Positions 59,895 through 64,000 of a DNA stretch of 64,000 bases are shown here, piece by piece. Position numbers and translations under genes: made by a program. The notes under the pieces were generated by a model, which saw only the letters and a list, made by a program, of their open reading frames with translations, made no database searches and was not told the origin of the DNA. Source of the stretch: an uncultured Lachnospiraceae bacterium (GTDB lineage Bacteria > Bacillota > Clostridia > Lachnospirales > Lachnospiraceae). Numbering within the stretch: position 1 is the stretch's first letter; every line of letters starts with the position of its first letter. The stretch lies in contig CAJTJY010000013.1 in assembly GCA_910576975.1 (NCBI GenBank), positions 10,523 to 74,522 of the forward strand. Direction: 5' to 3'.

Positions 59895-61274
59895 ATTTAG
59901 AAAAGGAAGACCCCGAGAGGGGACGGAAACAAAAAGTAAACCGCTTCAATCGCGTCGTCCTCAAAAATTTAGAAAAGGAAGACCCCGAGAGGGGACGGAA
60001 ACCGTTCTCAAAGCGTGTGGATGGAACACGCTTTAAAAATTTAGAAAAGGAAGACCCCGAGAGGGGACGGAAACGACTTCAAATCAGTTGCAAAGCGTTC
60101 TGCAAGTAACATTTAGAAAAGGAAGACCCCGAGAGGGGACGGAAACCCTCCTGTTTGGTTTGTTGTTTGCTTGTTTCTGTAATTATTTAGAAAAGGAAGA
60201 CCCCGAGAGGGGACGGAAACTGGTAATCTCTTTGCCTAATATCACAAAGCACCTCATATTTAGAAAAGGAAGACCCCGAGAGGGGACGGAAACTCAAAAA
60301 CAGGAGCCATTCCGCAATCATCAAATCCAATTTAGAAAAGGAAGACCCCGAGAGGGGACGGAAACTGTTTCCCTTTGCGTATCCAAGGCCAACATCATCA
60401 TTTAGAAAAGGAAGACCCCGAGAGGGGACGGAAACCTTCTTGCTCATAACGAATACCTCTTCTTTCTTATTATTTAGAAAAGGAAGACCCCGAGAGGGGA
60501 CGGAAACTGTTCCCTCAAAAAACTTTTGAATACTGGCATATCATTTAGAAAAGGAAGACCCCGAGAGGGGACGGAAACTTTATATTATCTTTAAGCATGA
60601 ACCTATAGTTACTAATTTAGAAAAGGAAGACCCCGAGAGGGGACGGAAACTTTCTGTTCAAAACAGCGGTAATGGAAAGCATTTTAATTTAGAAAAGGAA
60701 GACCCCGAGAGGGGACGGAAACTATTTCATCCAGGTAGTAATCATAAAGCTCTGTGAATTTAGAAAAGGAAGACCCCGAGAGGGGACGGAAACAAGCTTC
60801 TCTGAATACTGGAACTCAATATAATCAATTTAGAAAAGGAAGACCCCGAGAGGGGACGGAAACTCATTTGATATGGTTACAAATATACACTCATCTTCTG
60901 TAATTTAGAAAAGGAAGACCCCGAAAGGGGACGGAAACTTCAATTGATATGCTTGTTAATCTTTTCTTTTGTATTTAGAAAAGGAAGACCCCGAAAGGGG
61001 ACGGAAACGCAATTACTCCGCACCAAAATTCTGGTATATACATTTAGAAAAGGAAGACCCCGAAAGGGGACGGAAACTATTTTCCTGTTTATTTTTCATT
61101 TCTGTTGTATGCATTTAGAAAAGGAAGACCCCGAAAGGGGACGGAAACATCATCAATATCTTTGCCCTCTAGTCGTTTGACATGTATTTAGAAAAGGAAG
61201 ACCCCGAAAGGGGACGGAAACTTTTTCGAAAAATATCCAACTATTTCTTTATCAGTATTTAGAAAAGGAACCCC
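59895..61274 (+). CRISPR. CRISPR array: 19 full 36 bp repeats, one truncated terminal repeat, 19 spacers of 33-39 bp
   Basis: Repeat ATTTAGAAAAGGAAGACCCCGAGAGGGGACGGAAAC; repeats 15-19 have a GAAA loop; truncated copy starts at 61257; 3' end ACGGAAAC is a typical Csm crRNA 5' tag; leader inferred at 59684-59894. Confidence 0.98.
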
Positions 61275-61442
61275 ATTTTTACACTAATTTTCTAAAAACT
61301 CAGAAAAGCAGTTTTAAGCAGAGCAAAAGATACCGTTGTTTCCTGAATTTCGCAAAAATGCCAAGATCAATTTCATATATCTCATTTATAAACTGCTAAG
61401 TGAAAAAGGGAAATCATATAAAAATTTAGAAAGGAGAAAGCC

Positions 61443-62444
61443 ATGAGTTATCTATTTGTAAATGCTAATGGAGCATATGTGAATTATGATGCTAATTATG
61501 TTGTAGTCAAATATGGAGAGGATTCTTCCAAGAAAATACCGGTTGAGAATTTGGAAGCAATTTATATATTTACCAGTGCACAGATTACTTCCCAATGTGT
61601 GGTACAATGTCTGAAACGCGGTATCAATATATCTTATTATTCTAAAAGCGGAGCTTATTTTGGGCGGCTGCAGTCTACAAATCATGTAAATGTATTTAGA
61701 CAGAGAAAACAAGCAGCATTGTCAGAAACAGAGTTTTCTTTGGAATTAGCAAAAAATATCATTTGCGGGAAAATCCATAACCAGACAATAGTCTTGAAAA
61801 GGTATGCCCGCAGCGAAGGAAAGGAACTGCGTGACCTTCAGGTTAAGATGCAACAGTCATTAAATAAAATTATAAATTGTAAAAAAATTAGTGAGATTAT
61901 GGGGTATGAGGGGAATGCGGCAAGAATTTATTTTGAGGGGTTGAGTCGACTCGTACATCAAGAGTTTGCTTTTCAGGGAAGAAGCAGGAGACCGCCAAGA
62001 GATGAGTTTAACTCCATGTTAAGCCTTGGCTATTCGATCCTTATGAATGAGATATATGGGAGATTAGAGAATAAAGGGCTGCACCCATATTTTGGTTTTA
62101 TTCATAGTGACAGGGAGAAACATCCTACTTTGGCGAGCGATATGATGGAAGAGTGGAGGGCAACGATTGTAGATTCCATGGTGATGAGTATGATAAATGG
62201 AAATGAAATACATACAGAGCATTTCTCACATGACGATGGCAACCCTGGGTATTATCTTACCAGAGAAGGTTTGAACATATTTTTAAAGAAATTTGAGCGA
62301 AAAATGCAAACTCCTATAAAATATCTAGACTATATTGACTATCCAGCCACCTTTCGTCAATCCATTGACTTGCAGATAAATGAGTTGGTAAAAGCAATTG
62401 AGAAAGAAGATGCCTCTCTTTATCATCCAATTTGGCTGAGGTGA
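61443..62444 (+). CDS. cas1: CRISPR integrase Cas1
   Basis: GYEGNAAR.YF, RRPP.D..N.MLS.GY, GF.H, LASD.MEEWR. Confidence 0.97.
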   Translation: MSYLFVNANGAYVNYDANYVVVKYGEDSSKKIPVENLEAIYIFTSAQITSQCVVQCLKRGINISYYSKSGAYFGRLQSTNHVNVFRQRKQAALSETEFSLELAKNIICGKIHNQTIVLKRYARSEGKELRDLQVKMQQSLNKIINCKKISEIMGYEGNAARIYFEGLSRLVHQEFAFQGRSRRPPRDEFNSMLSLGYSILMNEIYGRLENKGLHPYFGFIHSDREKHPTLASDMMEEWRATIVDSMVMSMINGNEIHTEHFSHDDGNPGYYLTREGLNIFLKKFERKMQTPIKYLDYIDYPATFRQSIDLQINELVKAIEKEDASLYHPIWLR

Positions 62445-62448
62445 ACAT

Positions 62449-62763
62449 ATGGAAAACTATTTTTTTGATACAGAATCTAAAATATATGCAGACAAAGTAT
62501 TTGTACTTATCATATACGATGTTGTAGACAATAAAAGAAGAAATCAGTTGGCAAAATATCTTCAGGGTTATGGATTCCGGGTGCAGAAATCCGCATTTGA
62601 GGCGATCATTCATCAAAAAAAATACCATAAGCTTCTTCGTGAACTTCCAGGATATGTCGCAAAGGAGGATAGCGTAAAGGTATATCGGATCGTTGGCAGC
62701 GGTCAGGTCACATCATTCGGAAAAGCAGTGGTTATTGACAATGAAGATATTATTATCATATAG
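62449..62763 (+). CDS. cas2: CRISPR endonuclease Cas2
   Basis: IIYDV...RR....K.L..YG.RVQKSAFE. Confidence 0.97.
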   Translation: MENYFFDTESKIYADKVFVLIIYDVVDNKRRNQLAKYLQGYGFRVQKSAFEAIIHQKKYHKLLRELPGYVAKEDSVKVYRIVGSGQVTSFGKAVVIDNEDIIII

Positions 62764-62806
62764 TGATGGTAGCCATGTAATGGAACATGCACAGAATGGA
62801 GGAAAA

Positions 62807-64000
62807 ATGAAAGTACTATTTAGCGCAATAGGGGGAACGGATCCGATTTCTAATGAGAGAGACGGCAGTATGCTTCATATCTGCAGGGTATATCGCCCAG
62901 ATAAAGTATACCTGTATTTGTCTAAAGAAATGTGTCAATATCATGACAAGGACGATCGTTATCAGAGAGCCCTAACGTTGTTGGGGCAAGAGCTGGGATG
63001 TTCTTTCCAGGTAGAAATCATCAAGGACGACAAGATGGAAGAAGTGCAGATATTCGATGCATTTATTGATCCGTTTGAAAAAATGCTGCGGGATATTCGC
63101 CAAAAAGATCAGCCCACAGAACTTTTGGTAAATGTTTCATCTGGAACGCCGGCAATGAAAAGCTCTCTGCAGATGTTGTCGATGTTGTGGAACAACATAG
63201 GGGCGATACAGGTGTCTACGCCACGAAAGGCGCTGAATAAGCATCATGAGGACAAGGATGATTATGATGTTGAAATTCAGTGGATGTGTGACAAAGACAG
63301 GACAGAAGAGTTTGAAAACCGCTGTATCCGCTCAGATGCAAAGCTGCTGTTAGACCGCATACGCATTGAAAATATTCAAAAGTTTATCATGGAATATGAT
63401 TATGAAGCTGCAAAAATGATGGCAAAAACCTTGTCAGTGGAGCCTTCTGAGAAGTTTCAGGATTGTCTTGACATTGCTGTTGCCCGCAGCCGCCTTGACA
63501 TAAAATATATTAATGGCAACCGCAAAAAGTATCAGCTTCAAGAGTGGTTTCCCATCGTCCAGGACCGTGAAATGAAAGAATACGAATATCTTCTGGTCAT
63601 GCAGACCAAATTACTAAAGAAACGGTATGCAGATTTTATCCGGGATGTGACGCCGATCTTTTATTCCTTGTCAGAAAAAGTTCTCGAAAAATCCTGCGGA
63701 CTGCGTTTTTCAGATATCGGAGAGGAGAAGGAAAACGGGGGATGGTATCTTTCCCTGGATAAATTGCAAAAGCAGGGAATTCAAATACCAGCAAGATGGA
63801 CAAGTCATACCAATATTTCTTCCTATGTGATACTGGAGATTTTAAGTGAAAAGTGCCAGGAGTCCGATTTGCTGAATCTAATGGAAAATATCCGCAAGGT
63901 GGAACGCAAGGTGCGCAATCTGGCAGCGCATCAGATCATTGGCGTGACCGCAGAGTGGATCGAGAAGCGAACCGGATTTGCGCCGCTACAGATTATGAAT
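62807..64000 (+). CDS. csm6: Csm6 CARF-HEPN ribonuclease, 3'-truncated by the window end
   Basis: Not in ORF track; MKVLFSAIGGTDPIS..RDGSMLHICR.Y.P, NVSSGTPAMK, HEPN motif RNLAAH near 63915. Confidence 0.93.
   Translation, partial: MKVLFSAIGGTDPISNERDGSMLHICRVYRPDKVYLYLSKEMCQYHDKDDRYQRALTLLGQELGCSFQVEIIKDDKMEEVQIFDAFIDPFEKMLRDIRQKDQPTELLVNVSSGTPAMKSSLQMLSMLWNNIGAIQVSTPRKALNKHHEDKDDYDVEIQWMCDKDRTEEFENRCIRSDAKLLLDRIRIENIQKFIMEYDYEAAKMMAKTLSVEPSEKFQDCLDIAVARSRLDIKYINGNRKKYQLQEWFPIVQDREMKEYEYLLVMQTKLLKKRYADFIRDVTPIFYSLSEKVLEKSCGLRFSDIGEEKENGGWYLSLDKLQKQGIQIPARWTSHTNISSYVILEILSEKCQESDLLNLMENIRKVERKVRNLAAHQIIGVTAEWIEKRTGFAPLQIMN

Noticed and set aside
60088..61180. ORFs with repeated FRKGRPREGTET or LEKEDPERGRK
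   Set aside because: Translations of CRISPR repeats.
61424..61437. ATTTAGAAAGGAGA before cas1 resembles the 5' part of the CRISPR repeat
   Set aside because: Short, gapped, purine-rich match that coincides with the RBS and lacks the hairpin; likely chance.
61443..62444. RT-Cas1 fusion or other unusual adaptation module
   Set aside because: Cas1 is 333 aa with no RT motifs; no extra adaptation gene is visible.

Overview
A 64 kb chromosomal window from a low-GC Firmicute; gene families and RBS style suggest a gut Lachnospiraceae/Clostridiales organism (inference). In order it holds: four surface or membrane protein genes (PPC/FN3, BspA-like LRR, CAP-Ig-LRR); TetR-MFS, YdeI and XRE genes; and a 3.2 kb degenerate integrative islet bounded by direct repeats. 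That islet carries a tyrosine-integrase C-terminal stump, an HTH gene, a type III ToxIN module whose leader has two sequence-divergent predicted pseudoknots, a nucleotide-cyclase-fold gene and a DUF6061-like gene. Next come an Ntn-hydrolase/DD-carboxypeptidase/class D beta-lactamase-like cluster, a WYL regulator with visible operators, a chemoreceptor split by one TAG, and ribose and oligosaccharide ABC operons. A 2.4 kb integrase-less islet sits at the 5' end of the LMW-PTP gene and carries a small alarmone synthetase, a small partner gene and a RES-domain gene. ttcA-thiF-JAB and metY-cysK are separated by a fructose PTS operon with its own HPr and EI. A ~250 bp compound palindrome precedes a type III-A CRISPR-Cas locus (cas6, csm1-5, 19-spacer array, cas1, cas2, partial csm6). 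The two toxin-bearing islets and the palindromic repeat family are the best novelty candidates. All protein family calls are by eye from motifs; no searches were run.
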